IMG/VR virus record: IMGVR_UViG_2744054517_000003
Coordinates: 32,001-96,000 of that record
Strand: one strand, 5' to 3'
Length of the DNA stretch: 64,000 nt
Source: a virus
Lineage: Duplodnaviria; Caudoviricetes
The notes beneath the pieces are model-generated. The model did no database searches and had not been told where the DNA came from. It worked only from the letters and a program-made list of their open reading frames with translations. How positions within the stretch are numbered: the first letter of the stretch is position 1; each line of letters starts with the position of its first letter. The translations under genes and the position numbers were made by a program. Shown piece by piece: positions 8,528-17,596 of this stretch.

Positions 8528-10609
8528 TTAATTCGCCCATGCTTTAACGAACGCGCGCGCGATCTTTTCGATGTCTGCGTCTTCACGTATGGTCGTACCG
8601 TACATATTGACTACGATACCTCCGTTGCTGCCCTTACCACGTTGTTGATCGCGCCATTCAGACGCCTCGTGCTTCGTTAAGACCGCCTCATCACGGTGAA
8701 GTGTAGCGGGATAACCGTTCATAGGTACCCGGTCAAGTCCGCCCGCGTGCTTATTGCCAAGCTTTTTCCGCCGCTCCGCGTTATGTGCCGCCAACTGGTC
8801 GTCTGGAACACCGCCCATCCACGTAGGCAAGTGCTTATTCGTCCAGTCAAAGAATCCATTCACAGCGTCGCTCGATCCAAGAGACTTCGCTCCCTGACCA
8901 ATGTAAACATTAGATGCACCACCGCCTGCTCCTATTGCAGCCCCTGCGAGGGCACCACCAGGACCAAACAGACCGCCGACTATTGCCCCGCCGCCACCGT
9001 TAAGCACCGCACTAGCGATAGGGTCATTAGCGATCGCTTTCTGTATCCCGTCAATTAATCCAGACCCAAGTTTTAACCCGACACTCACAAACGTTGGTAC
9101 GGCTGCTTCGAGAGACGATGCCATGAACTGAACGACCTGTGCTGTCAATTTCTCTACAGCGTCTCGCCCCCCACCATTCCACCAATTGGAGAACGCCTTT
9201 TCTATCTTTTCGAAGGCGAACGCGACTTTACTTTTAATGTCTGGAAGCTTCGTAAACTCAGGGTTATTAATAAAGTTATCCTTGAGGAACGTTTTAGCGG
9301 TTGTTACTGCGCTCTCTACCGCTGCGGTAATCTGCGGAGTGTACTTAACGACAAAGTCTGCGGCAGCTTGCGCGAGCTTCTTCAGGATCGGCATCGTCGG
9401 AAGCAATGCGGAAATTCTTAAAGTTTCCAATGCTCCTTCGAATTGTTCTACCGCACCCGCTGCGTTATCCATCTTCTTGGTTGCGACTTGTAACGCGGTG
9501 ACATTCGCCATCTCCTGTTGAAATTTCTTAACGCCAGCCGCGCCTTCTTTGAAGAGGATGTTGCCCGCACGAATTGCATCGGACCCAAATATCTGATGCA
9601 AGTAGTATTGACGTTGCTCGTTCGTAAGCTTCCCGAATCGGTTCTTCAGCAAATCCGCTACTTGCGCTAGGTCTTTAATCTCACCCTTTTCGTCGTAAAA
9701 CGCAGAGTGTACGAGATTACTCGCGGTTAAGAACTTCTTCGTTTCCTTCGTGGCCTTAGCCGTACCGACCTTGAGTCCCGTCTGCGCTGCGACGTATTTC
9801 TCGATATCCTTCGTAACCGCTTGGACGGATGTGCCCGTTGACTTAATGCCCTTTTTGGACATAAATGCGAGGGCATCCGTGGTATTTACGGTCAAGAGAT
9901 TGAAGTCCTCGAACATGCCATACGCCTTGTCCGTTGCTGGAACCAAGTTGGACAGGAATGTCTTCAGCGACGTACCCGCGTCTGCGCCCTTCAGCCCGTT
10001 ATTCGCGAACAAGCCTAGCGCTGTATTCGTGTCCTTAAACGACTGCCCTACGCCATCAGCAACGGAACCGACCGCTGCCAACGAGTAACGCAAGTCGTGC
10101 ACGTCCGTAGCTGACGCATTCGCAGTACCCGCCAAGATATCCGCAGCCTGCGCCGCAGTTAAGCCGTCTTTCTTAAACGAGTTAAGCGCGGTCGACATAA
10201 TTTCCGCAGATTCCGCTAGGCCGAGTCCACCGGCCGTCGCCAAGTTAAGCGCTGCGTTAAGACCGCCCGCTTGGACTTGCGCGGTGGACATGCCCGCTTT
10301 CAACAGTTCCTCGATCCCTTGCGCGGCTTCGAGCGCACTATATTTCGTTAATGCGCCTTGTTGGAGCGCGAGTTGTTGCATGGCTTTCGTCTGCGCGTCT
10401 GTCGCGCCCGTTAACGCCTGAATCGTAGACATCTGTGACTCGAAACTCATCGCTTTCTTTACGGAGTCAGCCGCGAACGCAATCCCCGTAGTCGCAACAC
10501 CAATCCCCGTTGCTGCCACGCCAAATTTCGTCATATTACCGAATGCCTTACGTAGCGGGCGGCTCAAGTCATCTACTAAACGTAAGTGTCCTACCAGATC
10601 GAATGAAAT
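8528..10609 (-). CDS. Tail tape-measure protein, TP901 family (satellite)
   Basis: FESQMSTIQA...TKYSALEAAQG...GLKGADAGTSLK core; C-terminal HAGGLDRVP..G..ATLHRDEAVLT; frame extends from TTG 10567 to ATT 10609. Confidence 0.9.
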   Translation of the reverse strand: MSFDLVGHLRLVDDLSRPLRKAFGNMTKFGVAATGIGVATTGIAFAADSVKKAMSFESQMSTIQALTGATDAQTKAMQQLALQQGALTKYSALEAAQGIEELLKAGMSTAQVQAGGLNAALNLATAGGLGLAESAEIMSTALNSFKKDGLTAAQAADILAGTANASATDVHDLRYSLAAVGSVADGVGQSFKDTNTALGLFANNGLKGADAGTSLKTFLSNLVPATDKAYGMFEDFNLLTVNTTDALAFMSKKGIKSTGTSVQAVTKDIEKYVAAQTGLKVGTAKATKETKKFLTASNLVHSAFYDEKGEIKDLAQVADLLKNRFGKLTNEQRQYYLHQIFGSDAIRAGNILFKEGAAGVKKFQQEMANVTALQVATKKMDNAAGAVEQFEGALETLRISALLPTMPILKKLAQAAADFVVKYTPQITAAVESAVTTAKTFLKDNFINNPEFTKLPDIKSKVAFAFEKIEKAFSNWWNGGGRDAVEKLTAQVVQFMASSLEAAVPTFVSVGLKLGSGLIDGIQKAIANDPIASAVLNGGGGAIVGGLFGPGGALAGAAIGAGGGASNVYIGQGAKSLGSSDAVNGFFDWTNKHLPTWMGGVPDDQLAAHNAERRKKLGNKHAGGLDRVPMNGYPATLHRDEAVLTKHEASEWRDQQRGKGSNGGIVVNMYGTTIREDADIEKIARAFVKAWAN

Positions 10610-10954
10610 TTAAATCGCCGTCCTTTCGATCGCACGCACCAGGAGTTCCAACACCTTGTAAACCGCCATAGCCGGTCCTACTACGCCTTTTCCAGCCCGG
10701 ACAGCTTCGTCTACGTCGTCGATCGCGGGAAGTAGCTTCCTCATGCGGAAGCCCATTGCTTGTACACGCACCATGTCTGAAGCTTCAAACTTTGCGGCCA
10801 CTTCGTTCCATATCGCTGCCTGCTCAGGAAAACTATCTGCGAAATCATACGAACCGGGACGCTTGTGCGTTAAGACCGATTCAATCAACCGAATTATGGG
10901 CGTTACGCGCTCCATATCTGCGAGAACGCTGTCCGGTAGTTTAGACTTGCTCAT
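10610..10954 (-). CDS. Hypothetical protein between TAC and TMP
   Basis: 114-aa ORF, AAGGGGG RBS, abuts the TMP. Confidence 0.7.
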   Translation of the reverse strand: MSKSKLPDSVLADMERVTPIIRLIESVLTHKRPGSYDFADSFPEQAAIWNEVAAKFEASDMVRVQAMGFRMRKLLPAIDDVDEAVRAGKGVVGPAMAVYKVLELLVRAIERTAI

Positions 10955-10967
10955 TCGTATTCCCCCT

Positions 10968-11138
10968 TTATCTTTGTTGCGCCGCCTTCGCTTCCCGTTC
11001 GAACTGGAGCATCATCGACGCGTACATAAACATCCGGTGTCTCCGGTCTTTCGCGTAAACCTCGTCGGGCGGGATGCCGTGACGCTGAAAGATTTCATGC
11101 AGCACGTACGATTCCCCGCCCGACTTAATTAGTTTTTT
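10968..11138 (-). CDS. Tail assembly chaperone -1 frameshift extension (gpGT-like)
   Basis: A AAA AAC at 11138-11132; -1 frame KLIKSGGESYVLHEIFQRHGIPPDEVY...MYASM...QQR. Confidence 0.75.
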   Translation of the reverse strand, partial: KKLIKSGGESYVLHEIFQRHGIPPDEVYAKDRRHRMFMYASMMLQFEREAKAAQQR

Positions 11139-11506
11139 GCGTCTTGGATAAGCTCCGAGTCTCCCACGAATCCGGATAGTTTAAGCAACGCCTGTACGAG
11201 GCGGGATTGTTCGCCAGGTAACAACGCCTTCTTGACGACGTCAGCCGAATCGGACGCCTCGTAATGATCTTTCAATGCCTTATCGTTAAGGTCTGGGTCA
11301 GCTACGGCTTTAACGATGAGCAAACGGTTAAATAGCGACTCGTCGACACTGCCGTCCTTACCCGTCGTAGCCTGTGCGCGAGCCTTTTCGAGTGTGTCTT
11401 CATCCAGCGCTTTGACGATAAAATCCGTACCCAAACGAGGGATGTACACGCCTTCCTGTAAATCCGTGGTTGCTCCGAGTAGTGCGTCAAGTCTGCTTGT
11501 TGTCAT
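11129..11506 (-). CDS. Tail assembly chaperone, XkdN-like (satellite)
   Basis: PDLND..L..HY......VVKKALLPGE...LSGF....AKN; similar to 46571-46993. Confidence 0.85.
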   Translation of the reverse strand: MTTSRLDALLGATTDLQEGVYIPRLGTDFIVKALDEDTLEKARAQATTGKDGSVDESLFNRLLIVKAVADPDLNDKALKDHYEASDSADVVKKALLPGEQSRLVQALLKLSGFVGDSELIQDAKN

Positions 11507-11580
11507 ATAATCAGCCTCCGTATGGTATTTTTGGAAAACAAAAAGAGGCCCCGAAGGACCTCCGTGATATCGCTATTTAC

Positions 11581-12678
11581 TTACGCGGTCAGCCCTTTGA
11601 TACGGGCGTGTGCCTTCTCTTGCTCAAACTCTAGTGTGTACTCTCCGACGATGATACCGGACTGATAATCGCCTTTGACGCCAAGATACGTATGACCAAA
11701 GGAGCGGTTGCCGAGTGGTCGAATCTTAATCCGATTCGCGTCGATAAACAGAATCTCGTCTGGCTTCAGGTTATCGTTTAACACGACTTGGAACGTACCG
11801 AAGTCATTGACGATGTGGTCGACTTTCTGGCCGCGACTATTCTCTGCTTGTGTCAAACGGATTTGCGTAAATGCCATGTCGCTAATTGCGCGCTTCTGCA
11901 CGGCAGGAACAACGAACGTATAGCCTGCGCTTCCTGTGGCAAAACCGCCCGCATTGTAGACTTGTTGCGCCACGTCATCGAGCAGCTTTTTCGTAACTGG
12001 TCCGCCCGCAGTGGTCACGTTAGTCTCGATGAAGCTACGGATGCCGCGCATTGTGCGCATATCCCCGCTATCAAATTTGCGACCGCCGATAATGGCTTTC
12101 TCAAGTTGGAGCGCAAGTTCAAGCTGCTTCTTCGCCTTCTCATATGCGTAAAGGCCGCTTGACCCTATGCCATACTGCGCAACTGCTTCCGCCGAACCGG
12201 TTACACTAACCGTGTCTTCAAAAATCTGCGTTACGTTGTCTACTTTTGTTTTGGACTTATACCGTGCGTCGCGTGCATCAGCACCTTCTCGGCTGTCTCC
12301 ATAAAGAGACTCAATCGGAGCATCTTTTGCAATTGCAGCAGCCGTTGTGCCACTATGCCCCCGGACAACCGTAATCTTATTCGCGGTAGTATCCACAGAT
12401 TGGATCAGTACTAGCTCATCGCCTACCTCCGCAATCGTGTGCGGTCGGAATGGCTCGGTGCTGGCTACTTTGATCTCCGTTGCGTCCGCAGCAGCGGCGG
12501 CAGTGACCGTCGTTCGTGTCGCAAACATCGCATCTTCTAGCCAAACGTGCGTAGTTGATGTAACTGGCTGGCTGAAGCCGAGTAAATTCAACATCGGCGT
12601 TTGTGTTGGGTTAAGTAGCAGAATTTCATCAGTTACAGATTCACGTTTACCTACCAAGTCAGTTGTATAAATTGTCAT
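11581..12678 (-). CDS. Major capsid protein (DUF5309/SU10-like) with inserted beta-rich domain
   Basis: RESVTDEI...TP...HVWLED...NVTQIF...VTGS...GIIVGEYTLE...EKAHA. Confidence 0.85.
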   Translation of the reverse strand: MTIYTTDLVGKRESVTDEILLLNPTQTPMLNLLGFSQPVTSTTHVWLEDAMFATRTTVTAAAAADATEIKVASTEPFRPHTIAEVGDELVLIQSVDTTANKITVVRGHSGTTAAAIAKDAPIESLYGDSREGADARDARYKSKTKVDNVTQIFEDTVSVTGSAEAVAQYGIGSSGLYAYEKAKKQLELALQLEKAIIGGRKFDSGDMRTMRGIRSFIETNVTTAGGPVTKKLLDDVAQQVYNAGGFATGSAGYTFVVPAVQKRAISDMAFTQIRLTQAENSRGQKVDHIVNDFGTFQVVLNDNLKPDEILFIDANRIKIRPLGNRSFGHTYLGVKGDYQSGIIVGEYTLEFEQEKAHARIKGLTA

Positions 12679-12693
12679 AATAAATTCCCCCTA

Positions 12694-13146
12694 TTAATTT
12701 TGTGATTTAAGTTTACTTTTGAGTTCCATATACTCAACCATGTCTTCCGGACGCCCGGTACGCTTAGCCTTTTCCGCTGCTGTCGCAAGTCGCTGTTCAC
12801 TCGTCTTTTCGGCTCGCTCACCATAATTGGGCGCAAACGGGCCTCCTATAGAACGCGGTTCCCTTGGTTTAGCGGCGGAGGTAAACGCGGTCAGGATTTC
12901 ATCAATCCCCTGCGCTTGCCCTGCGTCATCAAACGTTACAGCGGAAAGATTTACGATACCCGCCAGTGCGTCCGGATCGTCAATCCCTGCTGCTCTTGCC
13001 TTCCGATAGAAGGCGTTACTGACACGTTGACTGTGTAGCTCCGTTGTCAACGTTTCGAGCCGCTGTGTGAGCTCTGCGCGTTCATCCTCCCACGTTGGTT
13101 CTTGCGTTTGTTCTTCCGGAATCTCCGGATTTGTTACGTCCTCCAC
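12694..13146 (-). CDS. Capsid scaffolding protein
   Basis: Acidic N-terminus, coiled coil, C-terminal helix; directly upstream of the MCP. Confidence 0.7.
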   Translation of the reverse strand: MEDVTNPEIPEEQTQEPTWEDERAELTQRLETLTTELHSQRVSNAFYRKARAAGIDDPDALAGIVNLSAVTFDDAGQAQGIDEILTAFTSAAKPREPRSIGGPFAPNYGERAEKTSEQRLATAAEKAKRTGRPEDMVEYMELKSKLKSQN

Positions 13147-13251
13147 GTATACCGCTCCTTTACCATTTAAATTTCATGTGTCTGAACCACGTAAAACCTC
13201 GTGGCGTCATTAGCCGTTTTATTGCCGGGGTAATCATCGGACTCACCTCCC

Positions 13252-13533
13252 TCACGCTGATTCCTCTGTTACGGTAATTATTTGTAGTGCTCGATCGGCT
13301 GCACCCGGAACGTTTGAATGAAGCCGAATACTCTTACCGACAAACAATCCCTGCGCAACGACCTCGTCAAAAGCGGAAACTATCGCGCCAGCTCCAGCCT
13401 CGATTGGATCATCGCTATCTTCGGGAATCGGTTTACTACCTTGTAGAATCGGCCACCCAACGGATGAGTCAACGTAGACAAAGTCACGGCCAAAGTTCCG
13501 CTCATGCTCAATCGTCGGTAATCCCTTGCTCAT
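13252..13533 (-). CDS. Hypothetical protein
   Basis: 93-aa ORF with AAAGGGGAG RBS. Confidence 0.55.
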   Translation of the reverse strand: MSKGLPTIEHERNFGRDFVYVDSSVGWPILQGSKPIPEDSDDPIEAGAGAIVSAFDEVVAQGLFVGKSIRLHSNVPGAADRALQIITVTEESA

Positions 13534-13753
13534 TTCCGTCTCCCCTTTCGTCTACGTCTCCGTTCCTCTTCCGCAATCATAGGCGCAGCAAATCGAATCC
13601 ATGCGCGGGATACGGAGTCACCGAATGTAATATTGGTACCGTCAGCGAACGTTACGACTGTGTGATACTGGTTAACCCCGTTGTTTAACATGTTCGCGTT
13701 TTCCTTTCGTAATTTAAAGTATTAAAGTGTTGGTATAAAAATAAAGACGCCTG

Positions 13754-13984
13754 TTAAAGCGCCAGTTTAGTTGATTCCTTTGCTCGCTGAATTGCAGCTA
13801 AAACGTCGTCTCCCGTTCCGAAAACCTGCGCGATCTTGATTCGCAGGTCTCGGGAAACCGTTCGACGGCCGTTTTCAACGTCTGATATGCAAGACTGACT
13901 CACGGCTAAAGCCTCCGCGAAACTTGCCTGCGTCATGCCGACCATAACGCGAATGCCACGAACTCCCGTTCCGTCCATTATCAC
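13754..13984 (-). CDS. XRE-family HTH regulator
   Basis: MTQASFAEALAVSQSCISDVENGRR. Confidence 0.85.
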   Translation of the reverse strand: MIMDGTGVRGIRVMVGMTQASFAEALAVSQSCISDVENGRRTVSRDLRIKIAQVFGTGDDVLAAIQRAKESTKLAL

Positions 13985-14059
13985 AGACCCCCTTGTCCTA
14001 TTTGTAATAACGCCTGTCCCTTAAATAAAATTAACGGGAACGTTAGTTCCCTTCCCAAC

Positions 14060-15019
14060 TTAGGCGGAAATGTGGACAGTACGGGGCTTGCGGCATTCTA
14101 CAAACTCCTCTGTCAATGGTTGTTCGTACATGTTATACGTGACTACTGGTCCCCACCATATGGAGTGTTCATTGCCCTTGTATTTGTTCCGGTTACTCGT
14201 CCACCTATATTCCCCATCCAGGTAACCCGCGTTCTCAGTTCCCTTCTTATCTACGAGCTGCGCAGTATTCTTTCGACCGTGCCCTTCCTTCCGCTTCTTC
14301 GCATCAATCATATTCGCAATTTTCTTTGGATTTCCGAATGACCGCTCAGAGCGCTCCTGTAGGTCCTCCATCTCCTGGGGATTGTAGAAACCGTACTCCA
14401 TTTGCGTGCGATTTCGCTCACCCTCAAGTTTGACAGTTCCGTATCTGTCGTGGCGTTCCCACAGCGTCTTAGATACTCGGCGGCAACTAGGTCCGCAGTC
14501 CACTTTACTCGCGCGGCCCTCGAAAGGGTAACGGCATACACGACATAGCTTGACGCCCATTTTCTCGGCGATACCCTCTGCGTCAGCCTCACAGTAAATC
14601 CGTACATTGTGCTTCCTCATGAAGTCTCGCGCGCCCTCCCCTGGCGGAACATCAACGTCACGATCACGAGGTTTGTCGTATGGATCGCGTAAAATTGATA
14701 ACCCGTTAACGTGATCCTCAGCGAGAACATAATCCGCCAGCCGTTCCAAGCGCTGTTTATCGAGCCGCGTCCGAAACCTGCTGTCACCGCCTATGTGAGC
14801 ATCGAAATAATAAGCGTCATATAATTCGACCATTGTCTCCGCTATCTTCAGCCTCAGCTCAAGCGGATGCTTAGCGTAGGCCCGGTAGTTGGCACGTGTC
14901 CAGTTCGGGAACAATTCGCAGGAGTCTCCAGAATAATCATATCTGTCTACGTCTGGCGTAACGATGAGCTCAAGTTGTGGGCTATGTTGGTACTCAACTA
15001 ACTTTTTGGCTGCTTCCAT
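14060..15019 (-). CDS. Hypothetical protein with Zn-finger-like CxxC...CxxxC
   Basis: CRVCRYPF...CGPSCR. Confidence 0.7.
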   Translation of the reverse strand: MEAAKKLVEYQHSPQLELIVTPDVDRYDYSGDSCELFPNWTRANYRAYAKHPLELRLKIAETMVELYDAYYFDAHIGGDSRFRTRLDKQRLERLADYVLAEDHVNGLSILRDPYDKPRDRDVDVPPGEGARDFMRKHNVRIYCEADAEGIAEKMGVKLCRVCRYPFEGRASKVDCGPSCRRVSKTLWERHDRYGTVKLEGERNRTQMEYGFYNPQEMEDLQERSERSFGNPKKIANMIDAKKRKEGHGRKNTAQLVDKKGTENAGYLDGEYRWTSNRNKYKGNEHSIWWGPVVTYNMYEQPLTEEFVECRKPRTVHISA

Positions 15020-15222
15020 CTAATCCCCTCCTATATGGAAACTTAATATTTTGATATCCGCGTATCTGTTGTTCTTCCTTGGTAGAAGTTTTCACGCAAA
15101 AATCTATATGTGACTATCTCAATGCGCGTATGATACTTCGCTAGGAATGAGCGTAAGCGAATGACGACGCGTGAGGGATAGTGGTCTTCTATCCCGAAAC
15201 AGGATTGGCTCGGTATTATTTG

Positions 15223-15334
15223 TTTCTCTTTTACGTATTTCTCTTTTACACCTTTCTCTTTTTACCGTGTGATCTGATCATACTAGGCGTGATACGATCT
15301 GACCGTACTTACCGTAGTGTGATCTGATCGTACT
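15223..15334. repeat. Iteron-like repeats, candidate replication origin
   Basis: 3x TTTCTCTTTT(T)AC, then 3x GATCTGAYCRTACT at 25-bp period (15271, 15296, 15321), just downstream of a rep-like gene. Confidence 0.65.
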
Positions 15335-15860
15335 AAGCGGAGTGACGGGCGTTTCGGCGTGTTACCGAACCATAAATACTCAAGTCCGGCTCAATTACCG
15401 TTCCTTCCTCGTCAACGATGTATCCGTCATCAGTGATTCGCGGGCAGTATGACGGGAAATACCATTTGAAGCGCCGTGTACCCTCGTACCGGGTAGCTGT
15501 GCGAATAATTCCATTGGTCTCCAGAATATCCGCAAGCAATTTAATCCGCGAGCGGTCAATCCTAAGCGTAGACATCAAGGTCTCATACGATATAAAGCAC
15601 GCCCCAAATCTGTCGTTAAGCGTTCCGTCGCTACGGAGATGGTTTCCATCAATATACGATTGCAATGTAAAGTAGAATGCCACGATATCCCTAATTTCCG
15701 GTTTACGCTGCCTACCTGCGTACACGATATCGAGCGTTTCATTAATAATTCGCGGGAATACCTTACGTACGAGGTCGCGGTTGTAAACCTCAAACCCGCG
15801 AGGGTCATCAAGAAGAGATACCTTATCGTTGGGAAGCGGATTACGGTTTCTTTCGGTCAT
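15333..15860 (-). CDS. Winged-HTH replication-initiator-like protein
   Basis: GACFISYETL...LRIDRSRIK...LETNGII; adjacent iterons. Confidence 0.55.
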   Translation of the reverse strand: MTERNRNPLPNDKVSLLDDPRGFEVYNRDLVRKVFPRIINETLDIVYAGRQRKPEIRDIVAFYFTLQSYIDGNHLRSDGTLNDRFGACFISYETLMSTLRIDRSRIKLLADILETNGIIRTATRYEGTRRFKWYFPSYCPRITDDGYIVDEEGTVIEPDLSIYGSVTRRNARHSA

Positions 15861-16489
15861 TTCGACATCTCCTCTATTTCGTATTTCTCGTAAAATTCCG
15901 CATACGTCAGCGACTCAAGCGGTTCGTATATGAGCTTGTTCGGAATGCGATCGGACTTTGTGACGTTGAGCAAACCGTAACGGCAAAGCGTAGCCGTGTG
16001 CTGGCGTATTTTGTACGGAGATAGCCCCGTTTGCGCCTCTATTTCGCGTTGATTTAGCCACGTTTTACCGTATAATCGGTGGCTCGGCTTGTTTTGGCAC
16101 CAGGAACGTAAATAACCGTAAAAGCCCGCCGTTTCCACGGTAAAAACTTCGAGTTTCGGATACAGCCGGTAAAGGATGACAGGGACCTTAACGAAGCGAT
16201 TATCGGTTTCGTGCGAGATTACTAAATCTACGCTCTCCCATTGCTCCGTAATCTTCCTAATCAGAGTTCGGACAATTCTCCTATGCTCCTGGGTTTTCGG
16301 CGCGACAATAAATCCTCCTTGGAAATCCGTAATTACTTCATCATCACAAGATATTGTTAGTTTGAATACTCTACTGTTCATGATCCCATGAGTAGAAGGG
16401 CTATCGGATATTTTTGCCCCAAAATCATAGGACCCTATCTTGCCGCGGTACCAATGGAGCTCATTTGCCTTTTTAATTTCAAATTCCAT
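15857..16489 (-). CDS. Phage replication-organiser-like HTH protein
   Basis: FVKVP...YGYL...WLNQREIEAQTGLS...L..YGLL. Confidence 0.55.
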   Translation of the reverse strand: MEFEIKKANELHWYRGKIGSYDFGAKISDSPSTHGIMNSRVFKLTISCDDEVITDFQGGFIVAPKTQEHRRIVRTLIRKITEQWESVDLVISHETDNRFVKVPVILYRLYPKLEVFTVETAGFYGYLRSWCQNKPSHRLYGKTWLNQREIEAQTGLSPYKIRQHTATLCRYGLLNVTKSDRIPNKLIYEPLESLTYAEFYEKYEIEEMSK

Positions 16490-16560
16490 AATCTATCTTC
16501 CCCTTTTAGTTGGTATTTTGAGCGACAGTCCACAACGGAGCCGCCGCGTTGTAGAACCAA

Positions 16561-17007
16561 TTAATACGTAAAGTAATACTCTCCTCCAGATTTCTCGCAT
16601 AGCTCAATAGCGAGGTCTACGTTAAGATCAAGGCACCCTGTATCAATCTCCGCTACCTTTGTATACTCCTTCTTTCTAATCTCAATCTTCCCGGTGCCGC
16701 CGAGTTCTTGGTCAATTAAATAATCTGCGTTCTGAAAGGCTCTGCTTTCCTCGCACACGATCTCGTAAAGTTTAAGAGCGAAGCACATCTCGTATGCTTT
16801 TTCAATGATGTTGGAAGATCGTACCGGCCGGCCCATTTCGAAACGACGAAGCGTACTTGTACTGATTCCGAGTTTACAAGAGACTTCTTCGAGCGTGAGT
16901 CCATCCGCCTGACGCCGCTCCTTAAAACGCGCCCCCTTCTCCGCCCATTCTCCGGCTTTCTTAGCTACGTACTGCTCTCGTGTCAACAATGCATTTGTCA
17001 TAATCAA
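16561..17007 (-). CDS. XRE-family HTH protein
   Basis: RRQADGLTLEEVSCKLGISTSTLRRFEMG. Confidence 0.8.
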   Translation of the reverse strand: MIMTNALLTREQYVAKKAGEWAEKGARFKERRQADGLTLEEVSCKLGISTSTLRRFEMGRPVRSSNIIEKAYEMCFALKLYEIVCEESRAFQNADYLIDQELGGTGKIEIRKKEYTKVAEIDTGCLDLNVDLAIELCEKSGGEYYFTY

Positions 17008-17057
17008 ATCGCTCCCTTTTCGTTTGGTTTTATGAAATGCGGTTTCCCGCGGTCTAC

Positions 17058-17467
17058 CTAGTTAACCGAATGCGCGTCGTCGTTACGCACACATTTACGC
17101 AGTGTTTTCCGTCCTACAGTATCTTGCTGCCGGTCACTCGCGTTTCGCACATCGACTTACACTACTTTGTTTCCAGCGGAATGAGTTTCGCGTAGGTGAG
17201 CGTAATGTTTTTCCGCCTTATACTGTATTAACTACAACGGATGTCCCCTTCGCACATCTGCCTTTCATCTACTTCAACGGATGAGAAATCTCGTCTCGCA
17301 CACTTTTCCGAAAATTCTCGGCCGTACACATACTTCAACGCCGCCCAACAGCTCGTGACACACTTTTGAGGAAATTTATTTTCGTCCACCATAGTTAACA
17401 CGTCGGCCGATGACCGTTTCGCACATCGGATACTGTATTATCTACAACGAATTTTGATTCCGCACAG
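17058..17467 (-). promoter_or_regulatory. Array of 7 bipartite promoter-like motifs
   Basis: TGTGCG (once TGTGTC) followed 17-22 nt later by GTTAACTA, GTTGAAGTA or RATACWGTA, all on the minus strand. Confidence 0.55.
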
Positions 17468-17562
17468 TCCTGTGAGAATTTTTCCCCCCTATATATGATA
17501 AGGACACAAAATCGCCAAAATGGGGCACGCTAAAAACTTTTTTCGTTATTTCTGAAACCAAC

Positions 17563-17576
17563 GGAACTCACGTTCG
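17563..17576. promoter_or_regulatory. LexA (SOS) box inside an ECF sigmaW-like promoter
   Basis: GGAACTCACGTTCG (GAAC-N4-GTTC); TGAAAC-N16-CGTA at 17553-17578 on the plus strand. Confidence 0.5.
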
Positions 17577-17596
17577 TATTACTGGATATAACAAGC

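Noticed and set aside
17058-17467. CRISPR array
   Set aside because: Conserved boxes are only 6-10 nt, bipartite and irregularly spaced; no cas genes
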